Origin: Acanthaster planci
Taxonomy: Eukaryota
Reading direction: 5' to 3'
Length of the DNA stretch: 64,000 nucleotides
Assembly (NCBI RefSeq): GCF_001949145.1
Contig: NW_019091362.1
Location: 1,433,838-1,497,837, forward strand
The position numbers were made by a program, and so were the translations under genes. Positions 39,101 through 51,100 of the stretch are shown piece after piece. Numbering within the stretch: the first letter of the stretch is position 1; the number at the start of each line of letters is the position of its first letter. Under the pieces are notes generated by a model. That model saw only the letters and a list, made by a program, of their open reading frames with translations, was not told the DNA's origin and made no database searches.

Positions 39101-42100
39101 TGAGGCACGCAAGTAGATGCGCGTTTGACGCTGAGTACGTGTAACTAATTATTGCGGCCTGTATGTTCTTTGCGTCCACGCAGAACACGTGCAAGAAACC
39201 GCTTGTAACCACCTGTCTTTCTTTCACCGAATGGGGGTGCACTTCAGCTCGGGGCGGATACGATGAAAAGAAACCCCACATTAGAAAGCAACTGTAACTT
39301 TGGCAATCAAATAGTTTTCCAGCCTATCCATTTTTCCATAAGTAAAACGACTGTTACACAAGTGCTAACCATAACCCAAAACTGCCAAAGGTCACCAACG
39401 CCCAGTCACTATTACTATCAATGAGGTGTGATGTCCCACAAAAGTCCAAGCCTAAAGAATGCGCCCCTGATTTCCTCCTCAGTGAAAGATTTTGGAGGAT
39501 ACAAGAAGGTTCTTAACATGATGCCTAGGGAGTAAGGGTTAGCTGTTAAAGGAACCAGGAAATAGAAATATTTTTATAAATTTTACTAAAAACCCTTGAA
39601 ATTGCATCTTTGGGTTTCAATTAACCTCATTTTCAATTTTTGTTTTGCAATTTTAACCCTAACACTCCTCAATCCTCCAACAGGTGAAGGATTGAGGAGG
39701 GTTAGGGTTAACCCATATTTTGATGTTTTTTTTTTATTTTTTATGCTAATGCATATTTGCATATTCATGAGCAGAACTATTATGTCATTCAAGGCAATAA
39801 ATCTCAATGTTGCACTGATTTGTGCACAGAAAATTTCTATTTTTTTTACCACTGCTATGGCAGATTTTATTTCCTTTGGCATTTTACTGCTGTGTAAGTA
39901 TATGGCAATAATCCAGCCAAATCCTTTTCATAGAAAGGTTCCCAGAAAGCAAATTTGGGGTTCACAATTTGAACATAAAAACATGCAACCTGAACCAGGT
40001 CTTCCTGGATTTACATCAAAGCAAAAGCTCCCTCACTTGTCCAGAAATGCTTGGTCAATTTTTAATGTTTCAAAAAGTGCACCGTTCAGTTCACATAACT
40101 CAAAAAAGATGTCAAACAGTCTTCATACATGGAAGAAGAGTACAAAGATACACAAAAAGTGATTCGAAGAAAAAATCATTTCCTGGATCCTTTTAGAATA
40201 TTCATTTTAACTACATTAGTTCCAATTTGTTTCTTCCAAACTTCATCAATCCGCAAAAAACTGCCCGCTGGCCTCATGCGAAATAGCGGTAGCTTGACAA
40301 GAAGTGCATCTGTCAAACTTTGTTAAACCAAGCCTTACATTGTGATGGATTTGGGAAGGTTAGGTCAGTATTTCAGAAAATGACAAAGATAGTGAGAGAT
40401 AAGGATGAGGATAAAAGGGGGGAAATTGAAGCATTAATAGAATAGTGGGAAAGGGTGAGAGAGTCCTAATGAAGCTTAAGCATCAGTCAACTTTGATGAA
40501 AATGGTAAAAAAAAAAAACAAAACCTAAAGGTTTTTATATGAGAATAATCATGAGATAATTCATTGCCATAAACTGCTGGTGAAAAAGTTAAGCAACAAA
40601 ATTATTACATTGTATAGTTACCAAACAAAAACGAGTATCGTGCAAAAATCTGAACAAAAGGTAAAGCACTGTTGCCCACGTGCGAAGCAAACCCATTACT
40701 GAGACCAAAATATCGCCAAAAGAGGGCGTATGTGTGTCTGAATGTAGACTCCTGGGCAAATCTTCACAGCAGGAGACTGTTCTTCAGGCAAGTTACTGTT
40801 GGAGGGCAGTATCAATGAAAAGGTAACCAAACTACACACTTCATCTTCTAAACCCTCCCTTTTATCTCATTTCGTGACTCATTTCTTCTGTTCAAGCAAG
40901 CACGGTCACCATCTTTACAATTACCGTAGATGTCATTGGCACAAATTTCACAAAACGTGTTTATTTCACAAAACCAACCTCGTGTACTGATACAGGCTGG
41001 TTCGACGTAACACTGACTCACAAAAATGATTTCCGTGGCTGAAGTGATTCTGAACACAAGAATGGCTTCTTTTGCAGCCCCACGTTATGTTGACATAATG
41101 CACCTTTAGTACTTAAGCATGGGTAAATGCTAGGCCAAGGTCAGCTGAGAAACAGTCTGGATGTTTGTACATTAGCTGACTTGAGCACTACGATCAATTT
41201 AGCTGAAACCAAGTGCGGTCTCGATATTGTTGTCTTGATGGCTCTGTGCTAGAGTGATGCAGTCAGTTTCCATTCAAGCATGTAAGTTTGCTTTATAAAG
41301 TTAGTAATTGAGGAAACTGCAATGACTACCTTAGCCATTGCGCTGGTTAATATTCCACAGATCCTCAATGTGTTCTTTTTAGCAACAGCAATATGATTGT
41401 TAGCAACAAGGGCAACAGGTTTCAGGTCACGCACGTGGACAAGAGCACAATGCCTCTTTGCACACATACTACTATTCTGAATCTAACCATGAGTTTTTCG
41501 GCACTTTTCTTAAACTCGCTCAGCTCAACAAGCTTGGTCTCGACACTGACCCTAGACTTCATCTCAGCGTCGCGGGCGTCCTCTGCTTCGCAGAGCCGCT
41601 CCCTGAGATGGGACAGCTCTGCCGAGAGAGCATCCATCTTGTCCTGTTGCTGGTGGTCAAATTCTAGCTGATTCTAGAAGGCAGGGAACATTTCGTTCAA
41701 GACAGTTAATGACGCACAGCTGCTTGGAATATGAAGCTATGAACACAAGGACTTGGCTTGGCATTCATGGAGATGCCAAGCAGACAAACTTTGCTTTGGC
41801 AAATAACTTGATAGGCAAGAAATCCGCTAAGAACAGATTGCATTGTACATTGCATGCCAGTTTGGTTGGTAACCTGTTTTGTCAAGTAAACATTTTCCAT
41901 GCTTAGCCATTTCTGTGCTTCGGTGCTACATTATCATTCCTCATATCATAAACATGTAAAGTCACAGCCCCCAAAAAATCATTCACCTTACGCTACTGTA
42001 GTTTATACATAGGCTACTCACTGGTAACCAACAGTCAGGTTACGAATGTAGTAAGTACATGTACTGCGACAAGTCAAATTCATGCAACTGGTCCGCACTG

Positions 42101-45100
42101 ATAGGGCAATCATATGAAACTGTGACAACTTAGGTATGGGCTTCGAGCTGGACTAAGAGAGGGCATTATTTCCCTAGTAATGGAGTCTCCTTTCAACTAG
42201 GAACGCAAGCATTGCAGTCGCAATTGATGGGGGATGCTTCCACTCAAGGGGTATAATAGATAGGGGCTTTAAATTCAAACATTTTGTATCACTTTGTTAT
42301 GGATAAGGCTCAGGTTACTCACAAATGTCTTAAACCTGGCCATCTATGGGATGGAAAGCATCCACAATGTTATACATGAAGTACTAACCTGTCCATATTT
42401 TTCTCTATAAAGACTTGACCAAGAAAGTGAGTTGTTTCTGCCTAAACTGTCTAAAGTAATCCCAAGGTGATCAAAAGATAAAGAGACATTTCACAGATTT
42501 GGGTATATATTTTGCAGACCAATTTTACCCCTCAGTCACCTGAAGTGAACAAATGCAAACTGGAGTTTGTTTGTTTTTATAGACCACTATTTGCTTACAA
42601 CTTGTATGGTGGCCAAAGTTTGCAGAAATATCACCTATTGGTTGGTTTTCAATTTATCTCCAATTCATTCAAAATTGAGTTTTAAATTGGGTCTTATTTT
42701 CATTTCGTATTTAGTACATGCATTACTATCCAGTGTTCTGATAGCTGCCTGGGATTTTTAACACTTAGGGAATTATTCTTTTATTTTTGTACCAATGGCC
42801 AACGTCAGTTTAGGCAGCCACTTGTTGGGAAGACACGACTGTGACGACAAAGGAACAGACCCAACAGCTCCTACCTGGTCTAGCTTAGACTGCAGTTCTT
42901 CCACCTTGGTCTCCACTTCAAGCCGTTCTTGTGACTGAGTCTCAATCATCTTGCGAAGCTCGTCTTTCTCCTCACAGACATTCTTGCATTTGGCTTCAAG
43001 ATTACTCAAGGCTTCTTTCAATGTTACTACACGGACAGGTATAAATCAAGTAATCCGTCACTACACAACTGTGACACACCACAGTGAATAAAGACTTGCG
43101 TCAGTTTAAGACTTTTCTTTTCCGGCATATTGTCTTCAAATTGTCTTTGCAATCTTCAAAAATGCTCAGCAAGTTTTGATTGGAACTGTAAGTACAAGCA
43201 CGACATTTTATCTGGTAAGTCAGGATGGTAAGACCTCTGCGGTCCGGGATCAAATCTGGCTCGGTCCACATGAAGATTGGGTTTTCAGTCCCTAGCTGAG
43301 TCCGTGGGTAATCCCCAAAACATTTATCCGGGGTTTTCCTCCCACCTCTAAAATTGAAAATTACTTTATTGTCTTCTTCACTCATGATCATCCTGTAATT
43401 GGTTTTAAAGTGCTGTTGGATGGCCAGATATAAATAACTACAAATACATTCTATTTGTTGTGTGTAATCCTCGACCTCTGTGATCTAAGAAACACACAGC
43501 AATCTCAAAACAATTATCTGGACTCACCAATTTGAGCAGTGTTCTCCTCAAAGTCCATCTGCTTGAGTTGTAAGTTTCCCTTCTCCTCCTCTAACTCGGC
43601 AATCTTGAGTTTCAGGTCACTGAGTTCCTCTGCCATGGAATCCGCCTGGGTGATAAGGATACCATGTGCATGTGCGTGTGAAGAGAAAAGACATGCACAG
43701 AAGCGCAGTAAAGTATACTGGGCCTTAACCTCTGACAGCTGTAACAGGGTGATCTCAAAGATTCAACAGTGGATTTTATGGCATCGTGCCGTGTCCTGGA
43801 TACATGGCAACTTTGGAACTAAGCAGATACAATGTTTTCCTTGTACTGACTGTTAAAACTGCCAACACACAAAAAACCTTTGATCACTGTTGCATCCTGC
43901 TGCATTTAAAAAGAATCTGGAGTTCCGGGGAAATTTTTTTTTCAAATTCAAGAGAGATATTTCAGTTTGAGAAAGAGAAGAATAAGGAAATATTAAGTGG
44001 GGAGAAAAACAGGGAGACAAGAGGGATAAAGTTGAACATGAAAACAGCAAAATGCTGAGTGAAAGGAAAAACGTATCTGACAGATGGCTACCTTTTTAAG
44101 TTCTTCAAGATCTTCCTCGAGGGACTTTATCTTAGCTTTGGCTTGGGCTTTTACTTTCATGAACCTGGCCTCTGCCTTCTTGTTCAGCTCCTTCATCTCC
44201 TCCTCATTCTGTCTGATCTGTTCATCCTTCTTGTTGAGTTGCTGCTGTAGTCTCTCAGTTTCAGCCTGTCTCTCTTCCATCTCTGCTTTTTCATGCGCCA
44301 ACTGGCCCGATCTGGTTTGATCCAGTTCCGTCCTGGTTTGTTCTAGTTCTGTCCTGCTCTGGGCCAGTTCTGACCGGGCCTGCTCCAGGTCTGAGTGCAT
44401 CTTGTTGTGGTTCTCTGTGAGCTCGACACACTGTGTCCTTGCCTGGTTGTATGCAGTGTCGTACTCCTGGAGACTTGTTCGCAAAGTTATCACAGCATTT
44501 GCCTTCTCTGTTAACTCGGTCTCGTGTTTCTCCCGGATGTCTTCAATTTGATTTTCTAGGGTTTTTTTCTCTCTCCTCCAACCTTCTTCATGGGAGGCAA
44601 AGTCCTCTTGAAGGGTTTGCAACTGATCCTGATAAGTCTGAAGTTTCTCAGTCAGGGATCTGATGGTGGTCCCCTGCTCCAGGAGCTGCTTCTCCTTCTC
44701 TCCGATCTCGCCTTGCAGCATCTCCAAGACACGAACCTTCCCCGCAAGGATCTCCTCGGCTTCTTGGCATCTCCTCTCCAGGGCCTTGGTGGCAGCATCG
44801 TTGGAACTCCCCACCAGCTGGGACACCTCCCGCCGGTGTTCCGTCTGTAACATCTCCAGCTGGCCTTGCCGCTGCTTGGCCACGGCCCGCACCTCCGCCA
44901 TCATCTCTTGGTGACCGCGGATCAGCTCTTGCTTCTCCGCTTCCGAGCGCTGCCGTTCCACCTCAAGAGTGGCATCCCGCTGCTCAAGCTCTGAAGTCAG
45001 CTGGCTGATCTTCTCATCTGTGCCTTCCATCTTCTCACGCATGTTGTCAAGCACTCTGTTGAAATCAGCGATTGCTTGCTCCTTCTGCCGACACTCTGCT

Positions 45101-48100
45101 TGTAAGACCTTCAACCAAAAACACAAGCATTTGATACAGACAGTTATTTTCATAACTCGTTGAAACACCGAGTGACCCATTTCAATGACAGAATGAGTAC
45201 ACCTTTATAGAAATTAACCCTTTGGAATCAAATGTTGGACAAGAACTTTGCCACAAAATACACAGCAAACTCAGCAAAGGTTGAAGTGCAGAGCAAACAG
45301 ACATCTCTTAACATGGCTCGAACAACTGTGGGTGATGATGTTCTCTGGGGTGACATTGCTGGAAATAATGGTTGCAGTGACAGACTGAAAATCTAGGTGA
45401 GAGACGTAGTAGTGAATGCTGCTGGATTTTAAAAATGTGATGAGGTGAGCTTACATGTACACAAACTTTTTTTCTCTGCAATTTCTGCTATAGAAACACG
45501 GTCAGTTTCAGTACCCATATTTTCTCCAATCTGAAACTTTAAAACTGTGTATTTCCTCACTTTAAAAACTAGGTCTTTAAAGTGAGAGCTAACAGAATCA
45601 GCTGACAAAAAAGCAAACAAGTGTTCAGATAACATGACGGGGAACAAGACAAACAGGTGCGTGAATGAAGCATGTGCTAACTGGCAGGTAATATAAAACA
45701 TGAATTCACACAGACATACACATAAAAGAAAAGTTAGCATATTAAAGTGCTTAGCATACATGTAACCTGCAGGAAACTGAGAAAATAACCCCAGTGACCC
45801 TCATTCGCTATTCAAGTTGTTTCTATGGAACACTTATTACATCCGCCAAAAATCCTTCACGGTGCAGGAAACCAAACCAGATTAACAAAGAAAGATGGCG
45901 GCCAGAAGCTTGGACCAAGAGCAAGACTGGTTACAGGATGCGGAGTGCGGAAGAATTTAGACGGAGAGCAGTGTACCACACCAGCACCCAACCAACCTGA
46001 ATGACCTTGTCCCGACCCTGAATGACCTCATCTTTATCCTTAGCATGCTCCTGCAGTTCATGGGCACGTTGTTCAAGCTCTAAGGCTTTACTGTTCTGCT
46101 CCATCACCATTTTATCTTTGTAGACAAGCTGGGCATAGAGTTCCTTAGCCCTGGACGATTCTTCATTTAGTTGGTCCTGGGAAATTTGGGGGGGTGGTGA
46201 GGTGTCAACTGGCAGTATTTTATCCATATAAAAATGCACATAAAACAGAAGTTGTGATGCCAGTTGTAGGCGGATAAAAAATGAAGAACAAATTAACAAA
46301 GATCTCAAAGGTTTCTTAATCAATTACATTTTACAGGAGAAAAAAGTATCCAAAAAATCCCAAAGCCCCTAACAAAAGTTAATTCAATATGGGTGCTTCA
46401 TCCACAAACAATGAACACAACAAACTCCCTGCAAGAGTTTAATATGGATCACAGTAAACTTTTTTTCTATCAGAACATCTTATGAAATACTGAACTCAGT
46501 ATTCCATAGAGTACCGAAGTGAATATGTCACACGCACAATTAGCGTGTAAAAAGGCATTAGTGCAAGAACCAGCGCGTGAACCAACACGTGTGCGTACTC
46601 CATTCGTTTGTACTGCACTTTCTGGTTCACAGTGACGTCACACTTCGGTGCTCTATTGCCTGCATTTTATGTCCTTCCAAAATCCTTTCTCCTAAACATT
46701 ATCTGACGTTGGAGTCAAAAACAACATGTGCCAAGAACTCTAACCATTTTTGTTACAAACCTTCCTTTGACTTAAACACACTCGTTTGATTATGAAATGC
46801 GAACCAACCAGCCAACACCAGCATGCTCGGTGGTGACATGGTAAGACATCTGCACTTGGCAAACAGGAGGTCATAAGTTCGAATCCCACCTGAGTATGGC
46901 TTGTAAAGTTTCTCACAAGCCCTCGCACAACACCTCTCAAAATACGCTATTTCAGAATCAAATCACCAGAGCCGACAAACGTTGGGTCACAGTGTGCTAC
47001 CTTGTCAGCAGAGGCACTGAATTTTTCAGACTGAGTATTCATGGGTTTTATTGAACTGGATGGGTTGTTCAATTTTCCCGAATAACGAATCCTTCAACTT
47101 ACCACACGAACTAGGACAAGTACTGAGGCAGACATGAGGGTGCAGGTGGCCTAGTGGTTTAGGTTTGAGACTCCCAACTAAGAGGCTTTTAAGGGGTCTG
47201 AATTTAGCTGCCATACGTTTTGGCCTTAGGCAAGCTGTGCATTTAACCCCCGCTTGCCGCTCTCTACCCAGGAGTATAAATGGATATGGGCATTAGCTGG
47301 AAGGCAACCTACAATGGCCTGGCATCCTATCTAAGAGGGGGGTTCACAGTTGTTTCATGTCAAGGAAACTGGAGATAAACACTGGCCTGATAAGCAAAAA
47401 CCGCTTGGGAGCGACTTGCTTTTTCCCAAGTTGAAACATGGAATGGTTGCATGCTATCACACTAACCTGTAATTCCTTTAACCTCGGACGGCTCTCAGAT
47501 GCACCCTGGTCAGCTTCATCTTTTCCGGTCTTCCCACTGCCCGTTTCCCTGCCCACCCCGCCACTCCTCAGTGCCTCAATCACCGCCTCCCTCTTCTCGA
47601 TGATTCTCTCCTTCTCCAGCAGCTCAGCCTGCAGCTTCCGCTCCCCGTCCTCCATCTCGGTGATCATCTGCCCCTTTTCGGCCAGCTGCTTCTCTCGGGC
47701 ATTGATGACAAGCTGCTTCTCGTTTACTGAGTGCTCCAGCTTCTTGATGAGTGCCGAGTTCTCTGAGAGAGCCTTCTCACTCTCCTCTAGCTTCTTCTTG
47801 AGGACAATGAGTTTGCCGCGAGTGGCTTGGTCATCAGCTCCATCAGTCTGCCAAAAAAAAAATGAACCTTTTAAGACAAGAAGTAAAAAGTTCTTATACC
47901 TGCAATCTATTCACTTGGATTTCCTTGTGTCTTTGAGCACAAAATGTACAGTTGAGGACAAATATCCTCTTTCGCAGAGTATGAAATCTCAAAATTTGAT
48001 CCCTCAGATGATAAAAACCACTGCAAAAATCACATTTTCTAGTGTAAAAGGCATCACTTGCTAAGAACAATAAACGTTTTTAATTCTGGTAGTTTTCTGA

Positions 48101-51100
48101 TTAATAATACAAATTTTGGGAAAAGTAGATAGCTGTATTGGATAGTCAAAGTAAAGATCTGTCATCTTGTTTGCAAGGAAAAGATGTCCTTTGAAAAACA
48201 GCAGTTTTTGTTCAGTTTTTAACGTAAGACCAACAGCAAATGCCGGAAGAAGAAACAGCCTTAATCGTTTTTGGCCTTAGTTAGAAATCTGCTCCACGCG
48301 AACCACTCAGTGTAGCAAGATCCAACACGTGGGACTGTTCCAAGCTCCAAAAACCCTCCAAGTACCACTCTGCCAACAACTGTACAAGATCCAGCAGCAT
48401 CGAGAATTTGGATGGCAATCAGAATCCCTTTAGGCACCATTTCAAACTTCTTATCAGGTAGTTGTCGGACAGAATGGTCCGACCGATACATTTATAATCG
48501 GTTGGCTATCACGTGAAGTGTTCTCAAGTGGCCAATTCTAACCGATAAATGCCTCTACATTGCATTCCTCCCAAGGCTACGTGGTGTCAGTTTCATTTTT
48601 CCGTTTGATGGCCCTGTCCAACAGTCAACCGATAGGAATTTTGAAATGATGCCTCAATTCAAAATCACATTTCTGGTGGCCCGATGCAATGAAAATACAA
48701 GTTATCCTTAAATTACACCACTAGATTTTTTTAAATACCTACTTTGGCACTTGAGCTTCCTTCTTGTCCATGTGCATCTGCTCCTCCTTTCTTGAGTTCT
48801 CCGATCTGGTTAGTTAGCGATGTGATCTTCGCTTTTGCCTGCAGTTTGAACTTGGAAAACTTGGCATTGCTTTCCTGAAAGAGAAAAAACGGACAGCTAA
48901 GTTGGGTTAAAGTCTAGCAGCTACCAGACCTTACCATGACATGATATTATTAAGCTGTCAGAAATCTGTAGAACAAAGTCCATTGGAATTAAGTTGATTC
49001 TGAAAGCAATAACCAGGGGTGTGAGTGGAACTTTAAAAAAAATTGCTGAAATCGTGAGCGCAAAGCGCGAAGCATATATGGCGCAGGGTCCGGGGCCCGC
49101 TTCAGGGCCCAGGGAAAATTTTGAAATGTTCATGTAGATGCTCTGTGGTGCATTTTACAGCCTCTTGGTGCAACGGTTGATCTTTGTTTTCATGCAATTT
49201 AGGCTACGCATATTTTTAATTTTACTTTTTCTCCATATTTGGCTGACCAAAATTGTAAATATCTAGGTATATAGAGTGAGCTGGCCCTTTTCCCACCTGA
49301 TCTAACCACGTTTTCAAAATTTTGATTCTTTAAAGAATGTACATTGGATGTCCATTCTTTTGGATTTTCCCAACATGGATGGTGTTGCTTGCCCATCTAT
49401 TTTGTATTCCATGTATGTCCATTTCCATGGATTTTTAACTTGAGGATCAGTCTTGTCGAAGACTGTCTCCAAGTCAGAGCCTCTTTGGACAACTGCACAT
49501 TTGTGTTGCACTGACATTTCGATGAGTTTATGTCCAAAAATTGTATGATAGGCTGTACCAAATGATGCAAAACCGTCCAATAATGCATGACACAAACACT
49601 TTGTGCACCCCGCGTCAGCTGTCACAAAGCCCTCTGTCAGTGAAAGCAAAGTTTCCTAACCTTTTTTCAATCGCAAATTTAGAGTGAAATGTGTGCTACC
49701 ACGAGTTATAGTGAACCTTGTTAGTCACTACTTCCGCTCGAGCAGAAACGGCTGTAACCAGTCCAACTGACACATATAAAGCTGACTCTTGGTAATACGA
49801 TCTCGGGTAAGACGAGACTCTGGTTTAGACAAGCATATTTGCCAGTCCTGACTGAATTGTGCACATTCCCATGAGGGAAAAAATGTGTAATACGAGCTCG
49901 AATGTTACGGGATTTCGGTTTAAGACCAGCATTTTTTCCACACCAGTTGATTGCAAATCTATTGTTATCTGTCTATTTAGCACAAGCTTTTTAAAGGCAA
50001 CTTGTTAATCAGCCAGTCCATTCAATTTTGAAAGATGCTTCCGTAAATTATGTGTATACAGTAGAACAGCGCTGTGGTTTTCCCTAACTGATTCAAGCTG
50101 TGTCCAGTGCTGCAAGAGACGAACAATGGGTGTTTGCGGTTCCCGTAACCAACATAGGAATTCCTTGAGGCAGTTCTCAAACCGCCTAAACATAAGCGAG
50201 TGCCACCAAAAGTGCTACGATATTTAGGACAGTAGTGAACAAAAGAAATCATTCGTTTGATTCTCCCACCCCCCCAAAAATGTCCCCCCCAGGAAACTAA
50301 TAAAAATTTGTTCCGTAACCAAACAACTGGCCCAAAGAACTGCCCACCCCCAGCAGAAAATCGTTAACCCCCCCCGTAACATGATAATATCGCCCCTTCC
50401 GATTTTGACATTTCTATAAATTCTCAATTTAAGAAAATCATGACTAAACCATGGTTTTCAGTCCTAAAATGTTTAAGAAAATAACAATCACAAGTTTTGA
50501 AGAAAAAAGTGCATTTCTCGCTAATTATTTTTCACCAAACCCACAAGCCTTTCCAAAGTAAAATCCAATATTCACCCTCTGCTGTCCACACCACCAATAG
50601 CTGGTTTCCTCCCATTTTTATGTGCAACAAGCACAGCTCTGGTGTTGGTTACCAACTAAAAAGTTAATGTACTTATGCTATGTGCGTGCATTTGGATCTC
50701 ATCACGGTGTGCGGGGCCAGGGACACGTGATATGGCATCGCTCCAAATGAACATGACTGGTGGAAATTCCGCTTCCTCCATTTGAACGTTTTTCTTTATT
50801 ACAAGCCTTTATTCATTAAACTGTATCTTATATAACATAACATTAGTTATGCATACTTGTACACATGTACGCTTTACCTACGGTCGATTGGTGATACATA
50901 CGTTGAGCAGGACAGCAGCTTTCGCATAAGACGAGGTCCAGATAATACAAGGTAATTTAGTAAGTCCCAGGGCCCTCGTATTAACAAAAGTCGACTGTAT
51001 ATGAATATTGATATTTCATTGGTAGCCAATCACAGCATAATGACTGGATGGTCCGCGGACGCTGTTTACACAAGAGGCTGGCTCCGCGCTGAATAATGCC

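Noticed and set aside
39596..40162. 188-aa hydrophobic plus-strand ORF
   Set aside because: Lies in an AT-rich non-autonomous transposon, lacks an ATG at the listed start and has no recognisable domain.
45330..45392. C/D-box snoRNA (GTGATGA…CTGA)
   Set aside because: Antisense to the host gene, with no terminal stem or recognisable rRNA guide.
46825..46895. Functional tRNA gene
   Set aside because: A and B boxes are present but stems are imperfect and there is no oligo-T terminator; more likely a SINE head. tRNAscan-SE would decide.
30827..48064. Numerous plus-strand ORFs rich in S/L/F/C
   Set aside because: Antisense shadows of E/K/Q/L-rich giantin exons; no independent coding signal.
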